Below are positions 24,703 to 37,603 of a DNA stretch of 64,000 nt, piece after piece. How positions within the stretch are numbered: the stretch's first letter is position 1; every line of letters starts with the position of its first letter. The notes under the pieces were generated by a model. That model ran no database searches. It was not told the origin of the DNA and worked only from the letters and a program-made list of their open reading frames with translations. This DNA comes from Octopus vulgaris (lineage: Eukaryota), in assembly GCA_951406725.2 (NCBI GenBank), contig OX597822.1, positions 92,008,001-92,072,000 on the forward strand, written 5' to 3'. A program made the translations under genes and the position numbers.

Positions 24703-25615
24703 ATGTATATGGCAGTGAAACATGGGCCGTGACTGCTGAGGATATGCGTAAGCTCGCAAGAAATGAAGCCAGTATGCTCCGACGGATGTGTATTGTCAGT
24801 ACTCACACTCGGCAGAGTGTAAGTACCTTGAGAGAAAAGCTGGACCTAAGAAGCATCAGTTGTGGTGTGCAAAAGAAACGTTTGCGCTGGTATGGTCATG
24901 TGGCGAGAATGGATGAAGATAGTTGTGTGAAAAAGTGCCACACCCTAGCGGTTGAGGGAACCTGTGGAAGAGGCAGACCCAGTAAAACCTGGGAAGAGGT
25001 GGTGAAGCACGACCTTCGAACTTTAGGTCTCACTGAGGAAATGACTAGAGACCGAGTCCTCTGGAAGTGTGCTGTGCGCGAGAAGACCCGGCAGGACAAG
25101 TGAGTCCATAACTCGTGGCCTTCTACATGGGATGGAGCCAGCCTACGTATGCATACCTTCCCCTTCTTGGGACACAAAACTCTACTTGTGAAGACCTGTT
25201 GAGGCAAGTGAGGATCAGAATCGAAATCGATCAATGGAAATTGCAGATGTGTTACCAGTGCCGGTGGCATGTAAGAGAACCTTCCGTTTCGCGACCGTTG
25301 CCAGCACCGCCCCGTTTCGTGTCCGTTGCCAGCCCCGCCTGGCCCTCGTGCCGGTGGCACATAAAAAGCACCATCCGTTCGTGGCCGTTTGCCAGCTCTG
25401 TCTGGCACCTGTGCGGGTGGCACGTAAAAAGCACCCACTACACTCACGGAGTGGTTGGCGTTAGGAAGGGCATCCAGCCGTAGAAACACTGCCAGATTTG
25501 ACTGGGCCTGATGAAGCCTTCTGTCCAACCCATGCTAGCATGGAAAACGGACGCTAAACGACGATGATGATGATGATGATGGAAAACGGACGCTAAACGA
25601 CGATGATGATGATGA
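24703..25615 (+). mobile_element. 5'-truncated RTE LINE
   Basis: YGSETWAVT...RLRWYGHVARMDE...GRGRPSKTW...REKTRQDK*; UTR; duplicated (GAT)n tail. Confidence 0.9.
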
Positions 25616-26692
25616 ATACATGTATATATTTGTGTACATGCAGATATATATATGTTTGTTTGAGGAATGTGTGGTTGTTTGTATGTATGTATATGTAAGT
25701 GTCTATATTTATGTATTTATGGACATAGATATGTATATGTTTATTTAAGGAACGTGATGTCTATATAAAATTATTTAACAAATAATTAGATTATTTGTTC
25801 GATTGTTGAGTTAACTGTGTATATATGTATGTTTGTGTGTATGTGTATATATGTCTGTATGTACTTATATGTGTATATCGATGAGTATATATATCTGTGA
25901 CTATGTGGATGAATGGATGCGTATGTATGTGTGCATGTGTATATTTATGTGTATGTACATGTGTATATGTATATTTGTGTATTTCGACATTTATACGATA
26001 ACGGTATGTGATGTATATATAAAATTACATAAACTGTTGGATCAAATGTTTGTTTAGTTATCATGAATTACCCCCCTTCGTTCACTATGTTTTATACTAA
26101 ATACCTATTAAATATAACGGTAAATGAATAGATAGATATTAATGTCAAATTAATAAATAAATAGTTGGATAATTAAGTGACAATAAAATTTTATATGGAT
26201 TTCTACAGTATACACATAAATAAAAAAAAATAACCAGGCACCGAAAATATGGTTTTAAGCATAAATAAAAAGAAAAAAATTTGGTCAGATACAATAAATT
26301 TTCTAAATATTTATAACGGTAATGAATATAATTTAACTTATGCAAGTATAGCTAATAAATGAATTTATTGTGAATTTTTAATAACTAATTTGATAGTAAA
26401 TTTAACGATTTACTTTGTAAAACCGAGATTTCTATATACGGTGAATTTGATTTTTTGTATCTATCATAAATCTTTTCCAACTCATTTGAAATTTGTACTT
26501 CAAACTTATAATACCCGTTTAGGTTAATAAATATATAAGAAATCACATAGCTTTTACATAAAGTAAAACAAAATATATTATTTTACTTGTTTTTGTTATT
26601 ATTATTATTATGTATGTTAGTCCGTGTATATACATATGTGTATGTATATCTGCGTATATATATATCTATATTTACGTGTATGTATGTATATA

Positions 26693-28833
26693 CTAGCAGC
26701 ATAGCCCGGCGTTGCCAGGATATGTAAGAAACTGTCAATAAGCAATGCCCTTTACATTTTTACCCTTTTTTGTACTCATTGAACCGTTATTTTGTAAAAT
26801 GAAGCCTAGTGGCGTCGTAGTTGAATGCTAGTGTCGACCAGAAAGCGGGGGCAGGGGTACGTACACCACGAATGATATCCCGACGTTGGTTGATACTCTC
26901 AAGTCGAGTGCGCCGTGCCTCAGCAGATTGAGATGCGCGTGCGACAGCGGTAGCAGTGGCATCCATTGAAAGCCTTTCAGTTCTCGCCTCAGCACTCTCT
27001 GAAGTCCTAGCAGAAGCAGTGTAAATGGCATAACTGGATGTCCGAATAGTTCGTTGATCTGGTGTTTCGGCAGATCGGGCCATGGCTGTGTTTGCGGCGT
27101 CAGCAGCTTGGCGAGTTCTCCTCTGCTGTGGGGTTTCGACAGATCGTGCCCTGGCGGTGCTAGCGGCGTTAGCCGCATTCCGAATGGCCCTTTGTTCGGG
27201 GTTCTCGCGAGCTCTGCGGATGGAAGCACAGGAAGAAGCCCGTATGTTTTGGCTGGACTGTTGCTCTTTCGTCAACCTCGACGTAGGGAAGATCTGTACG
27301 TTGCGGCTCTTGCAAGTCGGATAGAACGGTCGCTAGTAGTTTCAGATGCCTGAGCAGCGGCAGAACGGGAAGCTTTTTGCGAGAGACGCAAGGCAGTTTC
27401 CTCGTGGGTCTCGCATGCCCTTCTAGCCCTAGCAGCCAATGCCTTGGCTGTCCGAGGGCTGGGGAGGGTCCTTCTCTTCTGGGTGGCATTTTGGTGGATA
27501 GCAATGTGTTTGGCAAAGGTGTAATAAAAAGGAACACGTGGGGTAAATATCCCAAAATGTATAAAAATGTACAAAAACGGGAAAAAAAGCGGGCAGCAAT
27601 GTGAGTGACAGCAACGAAAAAGCGAAGAGTGACCAAACTGAACAAACGAATGGAAAAGGTTTTTTGGTGCACACGACAAAAGCGGCTTATAATAAACCAA
27701 GAGTTTGCAAGTAGCGTCCGAGGACCCTTAGGGTACGTCAACAATTTAAGGTAAAACGTTTGGGGTGGTCGTTATAAAGTTTAAACAAAAAAAGTATTCG
27801 AATAAGCGATTAGCAGAAGTAGAGCGGGTGTGAACCGAGGGAAGTGGGAGTCACAAACTATACGCGCACAACTGAGTGTGTCAGTGCATGTGATTGGCCA
27901 AACGGTGTTTAATTGAGAGCATTGTTCACCGTTTGAGGAGCCAATGGGAAGAGCTGCAATCATCGTGTCAAGGACGCGCACACAACCGCAAACGCATCTA
28001 CAGCCCAACATTGCTCGGATTTGAAGCAAAAGGAAAACATATGCCATTTCTATGATAAAAGCGGCAAAAATCGACTAAATCGCCTGAATTCCGCCAACTA
28101 TTTAACAAAAGTCAGTTTTGTAGGGTTCGCATGGTCGGTCTCAAAGTGATATGGTTTTGTCGATTTCTCCCAATACTTGTTAACTGCATTGACAAAAGGT
28201 CGCTAGTTTGACATTTAATGCAAACTTGATGTCCAACATCGGTGTAGGGAAAATCTATGTGAACTTTCAAAAAATATCACAGAAAAATCGGTTTGCTATG
28301 TGTGCCACATATGATTTAATTAACCGATTTTTTCCAGTAATAACGTATCCTATTGGAATCAAAAGGGCCATATAGCTCATTGGAGCAGACATGATGCTCG
28401 CTGTGAATTCCCCCCAAAATTCCTGCCAATTTGTTAAAGATATTGTCGAAAATATGTCATCTTGAATTTGAACGCGATTTCCCAAAATGGCATGATTTTA
28501 TCGATTTTTTCTGATGGTAAGGTATTGCATGGAAAACTAACGTCAGAATTAAGTTCCTTAGGGTAACATTAAGCTTCACCATGAGTTTGGTGAAAATCGA
28601 TTGCAAGTTGCGAAAACTACAACGGAAAATGTGTTGCATATAATAAGCTTAGATTCTCGACCCCATGTCGAATTTATCGATTTTTTTCAGAACTGGGGGA
28701 ACTTTTCAAAATTTTCGCTGCGTTAGTTTTGAATTATGACATTGGGCTATGCGTGTGTCAAGTTTCATCAGAATCGGTTGAAAGCCGTGGTCAGACACAC
28801 AGACAGACAAACTGCCTTTTATATATAGAGAGA
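26693..28833 (-). mobile_element. Internally deleted Helitron
   Basis: Minus strand 5' A|TCTCTCTATATATAAAAG; 3' hairpin CCTGGC-AAC-GCCGGG (26705-26719) shortly before CTAG|T; carries a RepHel N-terminal-like ORF. Confidence 0.85.
26787..27489 (-). pseudogene. Helitron protein N-terminus with 23-aa STPR-like repeats (frameshifted, truncated)
   Basis: RENPEQRAIRNAANAASTARARS / VETPQQRRTRQAADAANTAMARS / AETPDQRTIRTSSYAIYTASART / SESAEARTERLSMDATATAVARA, then LAFNYD; no Rep or helicase motifs. Confidence 0.75.
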
Positions 28834-28855
28834 TAGAGATATTAATTAACATTTT

Positions 28856-29093
28856 GGATCTTTTCGGTTTGAACGGCAGTTTTTTCTAGCGGTGTCATAT
28901 GAAATTGTCACCAATAATTATGACCCTAGTATCGATCTATTGCATTTCTATCTGTTTTAGGGTTAGGGTTAGGGGTGGGAGGAAGGGTATCTTTTTTGCT
29001 TCACAAATGTAAATAAACCCAATCTGTTTCTTAAACGAGGGACATATTCATACGGCACAGAATGTTTATAACCTCAATAGACGTAATTGATTG
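28856..29093. mobile_element. Truncated copy of the 32056-32477 MITE
   Basis: Starts GGATCTTTTCGGTTTGAACGGCAG; homology stops at ACGTAATTGATTG. Confidence 0.85.
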
Positions 29094-29399
29094 TGGTATA
29101 TATGTGTGCGAGCGTGTTCTGCTTTATATATTTGTATTCACTCACACACAGATACGTACACCAATTAGCTTTCATATACACGTACACATATAAATAGACA
29201 TGTACAACAATTATTTTTCATATACACGTACATACATACATACATACACACACACACGCAGACGTACACCAATTAGCTTTCATAGACACGTGCATACTCG
29301 CGCGCTCGATCACCCAAAAACAAAAAGAAATTTTTCACGGAAAGTAACGAAGGAACAGCTGTGAAAATTTGACAGTTCTGAAACCAATTCCGAGCGATT

Positions 29400-30640
29400 G
29401 CCAAATTCTGATATAATCATAATCTATCTACACACTCTGAAAGGTATTTGTCGAAATCTTCATTCATTCAGCGTTTCTGTCACTGCAACTCCGTTTGTTG
29501 TTTTACTCTTCTTTTCCCAATGTCGCTGACGAGGTACACAGCGTTTTGTTCATGTAAGATGTTTACTATGGACCTCCCGTAACGCATTCGCAATAGTATA
29601 TCGTAACCGGCCGGAGTTAGCTGAAGCATACCTACTAGTATGTGTTCCAATGAATTTTTTCCCCATAAATTTAAGAAACATGGATATTTTTTACGAATAC
29701 GCTTCTGATGGTGCAGATTCGGATTATATTGGTATTTTTTGTAATTATATTCGGAAAACAAAATATGTTGAGTGTCAGTATGTAAGTGTGGTATCCCACC
29801 AATTTTTATTTGTATATTAAATTCTTACGCAGTCGCAATCTACACACTCTGAAAGGTATTTGTGGAAATCTTCGTTTAAAAATACTTATTTTTTCGAAAG
29901 TTATGCCGGAATAAAGCTGACTCATGTGAATTTTCTAAATCTTTTGTCCACATTTTTTTCACAACAAATTCAGATATAATCAGAATCTACACTAGGTGAC
30001 ACATATTTGTAGAACATTTCATTGATAAATTTCCGTTTTTGTGGAAGTTATGAGGAAACAAAGTCAGCAGAAGACACATTTGCTTACGTTACGCATGTTG
30101 CAGACGACAAGAAAGACTTCTTGACTTCCCGTAAAGCATGCGCACTGATATACAGGGACCGGCCAGAGTCAGCTGAAGCAGACCTACACATATGTGCTCC
30201 AACGAATTTCTTTCTACCTAACTTTAAGAAACATAGATATTTTTTAATGAAATTTTCTAGAAATACGCTTCAGATGGTGTAGGTTCGGATTATATTAGTA
30301 TTTATTGTGATTATGAATTTTTCGAAAAAAAAAAAAAAAAAATCCCAGAAAGTGATGAATGTCAGTATGTATGTGTGCTATCCCACCAGTTTTTATTTCC
30401 ATATTAATTTCTGACACAGTCGTGATCTACACACTCTGAAAGGAATTTGTCGAAATCTTCATTTAAAAGTACCCACTTTCCCGAAAGTTACGACGAAACA
30501 AAACTGACTCATGAGAATTTTCTGAATCTTGTCCACACTACCCGAAAACAGTTTTCTTACAAATTCAGATATAATCGGAATCTACATCATCTGAAGCATA
30601 TTTGTAGACCACTTTATTGAAAAAATATCCATGTTCGTTC
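29400..30640. repeat. Diverged ~590-bp tandem duplication with direct and inverted sub-motifs
   Basis: ATCTACACACTCTGAAAGG at 29426, 29838 and 30425; a related motif is inverted at about 29696 and 30262. Confidence 0.75.
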
Positions 30641-30766
30641 GTGGAAGGTATGGCGAGTGAGAGAGAGAGAGAAGTATCAGCAAAATGTAGCGAAGAGGAA
30701 GAAATGAAAAAGTTAAAAAGTAAATATTTAGGGTGAGTTGAAACAAAAGAGAGAAAAAGGAAACTA

Positions 30767-31907
30767 GGGGCTGATGCAGTTTCGCACCTCTCTTTGGAAA
30801 ATGCATTGTTTCCCAAAAAATTTTCGGATCCATACGTTTTAGATGTCGGAGATTACGAATATGCAAAAAAAAAAAAAAAAAAAAAATTAACCCCCCTCAC
30901 CACCGCTCCAACCCCTTAAGATTTTGAACTTGTTCGAAGTTGTTTTCGCCTATGTTTTAGATGACGGAGATTCTGCATATGCAAGAAACCACATTTTCAA
31001 AATTTTAAAGTCAATAAGCATATAGATATGTGTATAAAGAGAATAGATATGAATGTCTTCCTGGGGTTAAAAACAACAGCAACACCTTATTCTATAGGAC
31101 CACCACATTTAGTTGACAAATTTTACCAATATATTTTATGAATAAACGGACAGGGATAAATAGATAAAGTAAATGGATGAAAAAGTTCAAAATTTAAAAT
31201 TGGGGGAGGGGTGAATTTGTTTCTCATAAAATGGTGTATGTTTAGTTTACGATTATTTTAAGGCAAACAAGTAAAACGCTAATTCTTTTCACTTTAATGT
31301 TTTTGTCTGTATTTAATTTCGATTTGCATATGTTCGTCAATCAAAAATCAAAAATTTGAATGGGGGGGGGGGGGGCGGTTAGGGTTAAAAAATTTTTTTT
31401 TTGCATATTCATAATCTCCGATATCTTAAACCGCAGGAATCTGAAAAGTTTTTGGAAAAACTTCCTCCGCCCCACCCCATTTTCTCCCCCCCCTTTCCGA
31501 TACGGAGATTCCGGAAAATTGTCAAACATCGGCATTTTGAGATTTCGGTCTCCCGCTTCCCCCCAATTTCTTCATTTTCACTTTTTTCCCCTTAACTGTT
31601 ACCCTAACCCTAAGTACAAACATTTTTGGAAACTTTTTCAGAATCACAATCTCCGTATTTTTCTGAAAAAATTCTGAAAAAAGTTAAAAATGAAGAAATG
31701 GAGGGCGGGAGGAGAGGTAATTTCAAAATGCCGATTTTTGCCAATTGTTTGGAAGATTCGTATTTTCCGTAGCCGAAAACGGGGGCTTGTGTAGAAGAAA
31801 AAAATTAAATAAAAAAAAGGGGTGTTTTTTGTGGGGTGGGGCGGTTTTTTTTTTTTTTTTTCCAAAAAAATGCATTTTTCAAGAGGTGCGAAAGTGAATT
31901 AGCTCCC
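30767..31907. mobile_element. ~1.14-kb non-coding TIR element
   Basis: GGGGCTGATGCAGTTTCGCACCTCT..GAAAATGCATT vs AATGCATTTTTCAAGAGGTGCGAAAGTGAATTAGCTCCC; internal CGGAGATT subrepeats on both strands; no clear TSD. Confidence 0.65.
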
Positions 31908-32055
31908 ATTACACCATGTGTGCATACCACGCACGAAACTCTCGGCACACACACTCCTACAGAATGAGAGAGAAGAATAAAATATATCGGGCTATCCTTC
32001 GATATAACTCGCAGAAATAAAAAAGATTGCCTTTATGGGATTATGTCGTATAAAT

Positions 32056-32477
32056 GGATCTTTTCGGTTTGAACGGCAGTCTTTTCTAGCGGTGTCATAT
32101 GAAATTGTCACCCATAATTATGACCCTAGTATCGATCCATTGCATTTCAATTTCTTTTAAGGTTAGGGTTAGAAGTCGGGGACGGGTATCTTTTTTTCTT
32201 CACAAATGTAAATAAACCCAATCTGTTTCTTAAACGAGGGACATATTCATACGGCACAGAATGTTTATAACCTCAATAGACGTAATTGATTGGTTGAAAT
32301 TGCAGAAATTGAAGAAAAAAAAACAACAAATATCTTACAAACTATAGAATTTTCTCAATAAAGCTAAGAGAAAAAGATGTTTTATATAAACACATTCTAC
32401 CAGTATACGAAGTTTAAAAGTGTTTAGTTACGTGGAAATTATTTTTTAAAAAACTGCCGTTCAAACCGAAAAGATCC
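32056..32477. mobile_element. Complete 422-bp MITE, Merlin-like
   Basis: TIR GGATCTTTTCGGTTTGAACGGCAGT / ACTGCCGTTCAAACCGAAAAGATCC; 8-bp TSD GTATAAAT at 32048-32055 and 32478-32485. GG termini plus 8-bp TSD suggest Merlin (inference). Confidence 0.85.
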
Positions 32478-33039
32478 GTATAAATTAATTGTAAAAAAAA
32501 AAATTCTTGAAATAATAATGTTGTTTTTGAGTAAGGTAGACCAATAAAGTGATGTATGGATGTAGTGAGGTAAATGAAATGAGAAATGCTGTAGTAAGAG
32601 GTAAATAGATAAGTATTAACGTAAGGAGGAGGGGAAAATACAAACTGCCTGGGATAGGTGGGAAAACGTTTAGGAAATATAGGTAGTGCCAAAGCGGATT
32701 TCAGTTGAATTTAAAAATAAATAAAATAAAATATAAGTAATAAAATGGACGAGACTAGTAGGAAGAAATAACCGTAAATTAATATCACACAAGCACAATG
32801 ATTCGGGGAGAAATTCGTTCTATATTCGTTTCTCCTGTATAATATTTTCATTTTTTTCGAAGCACAAATTTCGTTTCCATTTTGCAATCGACTCATTGTC
32901 TATATGTGCGTAAGTATATTTAATACAGACTTGGAAACAAAACAAAAAGCAATAGGAATGTATCTTATCTAGAGATAAGCGTAAAATATGCCAGTGTAGG
33001 CTGGACTCGAACGTAAAACTCCAGCAAGGAGGTGTGAAG

Positions 33040-33090
33040 GTGAAGACGGCGGAAGTGACCTCTGAAGATGGCTGACGTTGAAATGGCGAC
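33040..33090 (+). promoter_or_regulatory. Housekeeping-type promoter motifs
   Basis: ETS-like GCGGAAGTG at 33049-33057; YY1-like AAGATGGC and AAATGGCG overlap the start codons; locally CpG-rich. Confidence 0.55.
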
Positions 33091-33197
33091 TGAAACAGAA
33101 GTAACAACAGTAGACGGTCGGGAATACCAGCGACAGAGGAGCAATAGCGATCCACAACCGGCTATAGAAGCTTTGAATGCATTGAATGTTCAAAACG
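33068..33197 (+). CDS. First coding exon of an unidentified gene
   Basis: AAGATGG Kozak context; MADVEMATETEVTTVDGREYQRQRSNSDPQPAIEALNALNVQN; strong donor G|GTGAGT, phase 1. Confidence 0.75.
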
Positions 33198-35699
33198 GTG
33201 AGTTTTAGTAATGTTTGTCTCATTATGTATTTTAAGGGGTGACTTAAGAAAAAAGTAGGTTTTAGATTTGTGTCTACAATATGGCCATAATCTTAACAAA
33301 CCTGCTTTGATATATAAATATAATATATAATGTATATATATATATATACATACACATTCGCGTGCGCACATACCTACTCAACCCTTACGTATGTACCTGT
33401 CTTTGTATATATTTATCTACCTATACACACGCACCCATAATCTCATACATACGTGTGTGCACACTAATATTTTTATGTATAAATACATACATATACAAAT
33501 GTATATGGCCTTTATATATATATACACACACATATGTATTTATATATATATATATATATGGAACGTCAGTGGATCATAAATCCAAAAAATGACCGGCCAT
33601 TTAATTTAACTTCCTGTAATATGTATATATATATTTCGAGTCTTGCTTCATTAATGTTTGTTTTTATATTATAATAAAAGCAGTTTTATATTAAACTAAA
33701 GGATTACTCAATAATTTTGGTAGAGTAGAAAATTTATTATTCAACAAGAATAGTATTCATAATGGCTTTGAAGATTCAGCCAGCTAAGCCATATCGGCCA
33801 GTGCATTGATTGTATTGCTGGCCGAGACTTCGAAGTCACTGTCAATACTTTATTTGTTTACGAATAATATATAGTTAATTTTAAATGCAAGTAATTAGGA
33901 CTGAACAGACACATTTATGAAAGAGAGTTTATAATAAACAGCCAAAGGTACAATGATCCACCGTTGTGAGGTACCCAGTTTATATATACTGCAATGGATT
34001 AGAAGTGCTTGCAAAACCTCTGAGTAGCTTCTGCAGTTTACTTGCAAACTAGATACAAAAACGAAGAATCTTTTACTTGTTTCAGCCATGCTTTGAAGGT
34101 TTTATAGTCAGACAAATGGAGCCTAGGACTTATGTTTTTTTTAAAGCCTAATATTTATTCAATCTGTCTTTTTTGCCGAACACACCAGCGCTGGTTGTCA
34201 AGCGATAGCGGGGGACAGATCTAGACACAAAACACACACACACACATGACGAGTTTCCGTCTACCAAATCCACTCGTAAGGCTTTGGTCAGCTCAAGACT
34301 TTAGCAAAAGACACTTACCCAAGGTGTCATAGTTCGGAAGTGAGCTTCTTACCACACATCTACACCTGCACACACACACACACATATATATTCATATTCG
34401 GAATCCCCGCAATCGAAAAGCGGAGTTTCTTTAGAAAAAATCCCAAATATTAACCGAAAGGGGATGAGGTCCATGTCTTTTAACTCCGCGCACACGCACA
34501 TACACACAGACGTTTTGCAAAATTCCTGTGTTGAAACAGATTGTATTTCTGGATGGTCATTTTATTTATTTATTTGCCAAATAAACACAGGCAATATATA
34601 TATTTTTTCTTCACTCGTTTATTCTGTTCTTATTTATGTCTATTATCCATCGACCCAATGACAGGATCACAGACGAGTCTGGTCCTTTCGATGGTGTTGT
34701 CACTGGGTCGGTGGACAATGTACATAAATAAGAGTAGTAAACGAGTGAAGAAAAATATAGTGCGTGTGTTTATTTAACATTAAAAAAATAAAATGATCGT
34801 CCCGAAATTCAACAATATATATATATATATATTAATAATATTGTGACAACAAAAGAATGAATGGGACCTCGATATTATGTAAAATAGAGGAATTTATCTA
34901 TAAATATAATATGTGTCAATTAGTTGGTTGTCATGATAAAAATTAGTTTCGGATATCGGGGCTGAAGTCTGCTCCGACATCTCTGAGATTTATTTGCGAT
35001 GATGATGATGAATCATGAGGTGATCTACTTGGTTCGGTCCCACTTGTGACTTGTTGAAGAACTGTCTTTGCAAAATGATTGGGACTGATATCTTGTGATT
35101 GAAACTAGAGATGATAAACTGTGGCAACCTGCCGGATGCCCAGATTTGTCACGTACTGCAATACTGGTTCTACATGGGAATTACATTAAAGGTACAGATA
35201 TTCAGGTGATTGAATATGTGAATGCTCATCATTGTAACTGATCAAGAATCTATCATGTCTGTATGTATAGAAATATATGTATGTGTGTGTGTGGGTGTGT
35301 ATATGTATATATGTGCACACATACATATTAGGTGGTTGTGTATGCCACCAAATTTCAAGCAGGGGTATAACAAAAGTTTTTCATTAAGATTTGTGATTAA
35401 ATTAATGAGTAAGGTTAATATTTATAATGAATTTACCATTTTTGATGGGTATGCAGCACACACCTAGCATACCTGGAATATACGTCCCTGATACATACCT
35501 TTTTCTTCTTCTTCATCTTTTTCTTCTCTACTCTTCTCTTTCTACTGTTTCCTCATTCCCTAACCATAATTTTATCAACATTTAACAGTCTGTTTATATT
35601 TTCATGCACAATTTAAGAGTGTACCTTTGATGCAGGTCTGAGGAGGTGCTACTCTCATGTTTAAAATCGCAAATCTTATGTAAATTTTCACTTAGGACG

Positions 35700-36775
35700 T
35701 TTGCGTGCAGAGTTGGAGATCTATCTATCTATCTCAATCAATCATCTTCTCTGCTTCCTCCTTTATAGTTAAGACATATACTTTCATTTAACTTCCCAGT
35801 TGCAAAGAAACTTTGGTAGAGGATCTGTAGTGGTCTTGTTAGAGCCCTATTGCATTTGTTTAGGACTGCTGGGAATTCATCAGGGCCTGGGACTGAATTT
35901 AAGCTTATTTCATCTGTTGCTAATATTACATCAGTTTCCTCTTTTGCTGTAACAATAATCACCATCTGCATGTGTAGAGCTGTGGTGCTGAAAAACTATC
36001 AGCCATAGCTATTTGCAAGTGTCCCATCTGAGTTGTGAAAACACTTTTGATTTGACATTCAGTATTTCATATATCCTCTGAGGGTCAGCAGTCAGTGAGC
36101 CATTTTCTATGAAAAATGGCTCTATCTTGTACCGTACTCATTTGCAAACCTGTAGATGGCTTTAGGGTTGAAGTTTACCTTTCTTTTTTTTTTACAGCCC
36201 TGGCTTCTTTTTCTGCCCTCTTCTTTTCATGTGAGTGTTTAAGTTCACTTTCAATCTCAAGCAATGTTTGTTTGAGATAGGAGCCTTTGCTCTCCTTTAG
36301 TGGACCATTTAAACAGATTGCAATCTTTGCTTGTTGTCTCATTAGAATCTTCTTATCTTTGGGGATTATATTTTGCTGTTGGTTTCGCATTCTCTTTGGA
36401 GCAAACTTACTACACATGCCATGCATGATTGTCATAAAATGCTGTAGCTTTATGTCAGTATCTTGCTTAGAAAGACTGATAATCAAGTTTTGTTCAATGA
36501 CCTTTCTGAATACTCTTCCAGTCAGCTTTATGAAAGTTCAGGCTGGAAAGGAGTTGGGTGCTTCTAGTAACCTGTATGCTTGCAGACCAGACATTGTTAG
36601 TTGTATTAAGTTATGGGCGGAAAAAATTGTCAGTGTCACCTTAACATCATGGACGAATGCTGTGTTATTTGTGAAGCAGAGGTCCAAAACATTTACTACT
36701 TGTTGGGTGGGGCACTATTTGGGTGGTTGAACAGAGACTCTGCTTGCAGTGATATATCTGAGAGAAAGCAGCCCT
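35700..36775 (-). mobile_element. Degenerate CR1/jockey-group LINE fragment
   Basis: Homologous to 62760-63500 (DIKLQHFM, NIIPKDKKILMR) plus SVPGPDEFPAVL; many stops. Confidence 0.8.
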
Positions 36776-36779
36776 CTCA

Positions 36780-37510
36780 TTATCATTGTCATTTAATATC
36801 CGCTTTCCATGCTGGCATGGGTTGGACGGTTTGACTGAGGGCAAACCAGAAGGCTGTGCAAGGCTCCTGTCTGATCTGGCAACGTTTCTACAGCTAGATG
36901 CCCTTCCTAATGCCAACCACTCCGAGAGTGTAGTGGGTGCTTTTTACATGCCACTGGCACGAGGGCCAGTCAGGTGGTAGTGGCAATGACCACGCTCGAA
37001 TGGTGGTTTTTATGTGCCACCGGCACAGGCCCAGTCATCCAGCACTGGCATCGACCATGCTCAAATGGTGCTTTTTACATTCCACCAGCACGAAAGCCAG
37101 TCAGGCGGCACTGGTATCGACCACACTTGTATGGTGCTTTTTATGTGCCACTGACATGGGTGCCAATCAGGTGGTACTGTCATCGGCCATGACAACAATT
37201 CAAGTGCAGTTTATTGCCCAATGATTGAAAGGTTCTCTTAAATGGGCTGGTTATGCTGCACTGGCATAGGCCACAGTTATGGTCTCACTTGGCTCGCCGG
37301 GTCTTCTCAAGCACAGCATATCTCTAAAGGTCTCGGTTACTTATCATTGCCTTAGTGAAGCCCAATGTTTAGAGGTCGTGCTTCACTACCTCATTCCAGG
37401 TCTTCCTGGATCTACCTCTTCCACAGGTTCCCTCTACTGCTAGGGGGTAACACTTTTTCACACAGCTGTCCATATGCAACACATGACAGTCGTGTCTCTT
37501 GCACACCACA
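36780..37510 (-). mobile_element. RTE LINE 3' fragment
   Basis: Same UTR and C-terminal GRGRSRKTW region as other RTE copies. Confidence 0.8.
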
Positions 37511-37603
37511 TCTATATATATAGATATGCATATATCTGTCTGTCTATATGTATGTATATATATATATATATGTATGTATGTATGTGTGTGTGTGTGTGTG
37601 TAT

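Noticed and set aside
24489-25103. 204-aa ORF as a novel gene
   Set aside because: Chance fusion of an antisense SINE with an RTE C-terminus.
28957-28980. (TTAGGG)3 as an interstitial telomere
   Set aside because: Internal part of the Merlin-like MITE; a variant is present in the second copy.
34940-34990. Hairpin followed by GAAAC on the minus strand as another hammerhead
   Set aside because: No CUGANGA box at the required position.
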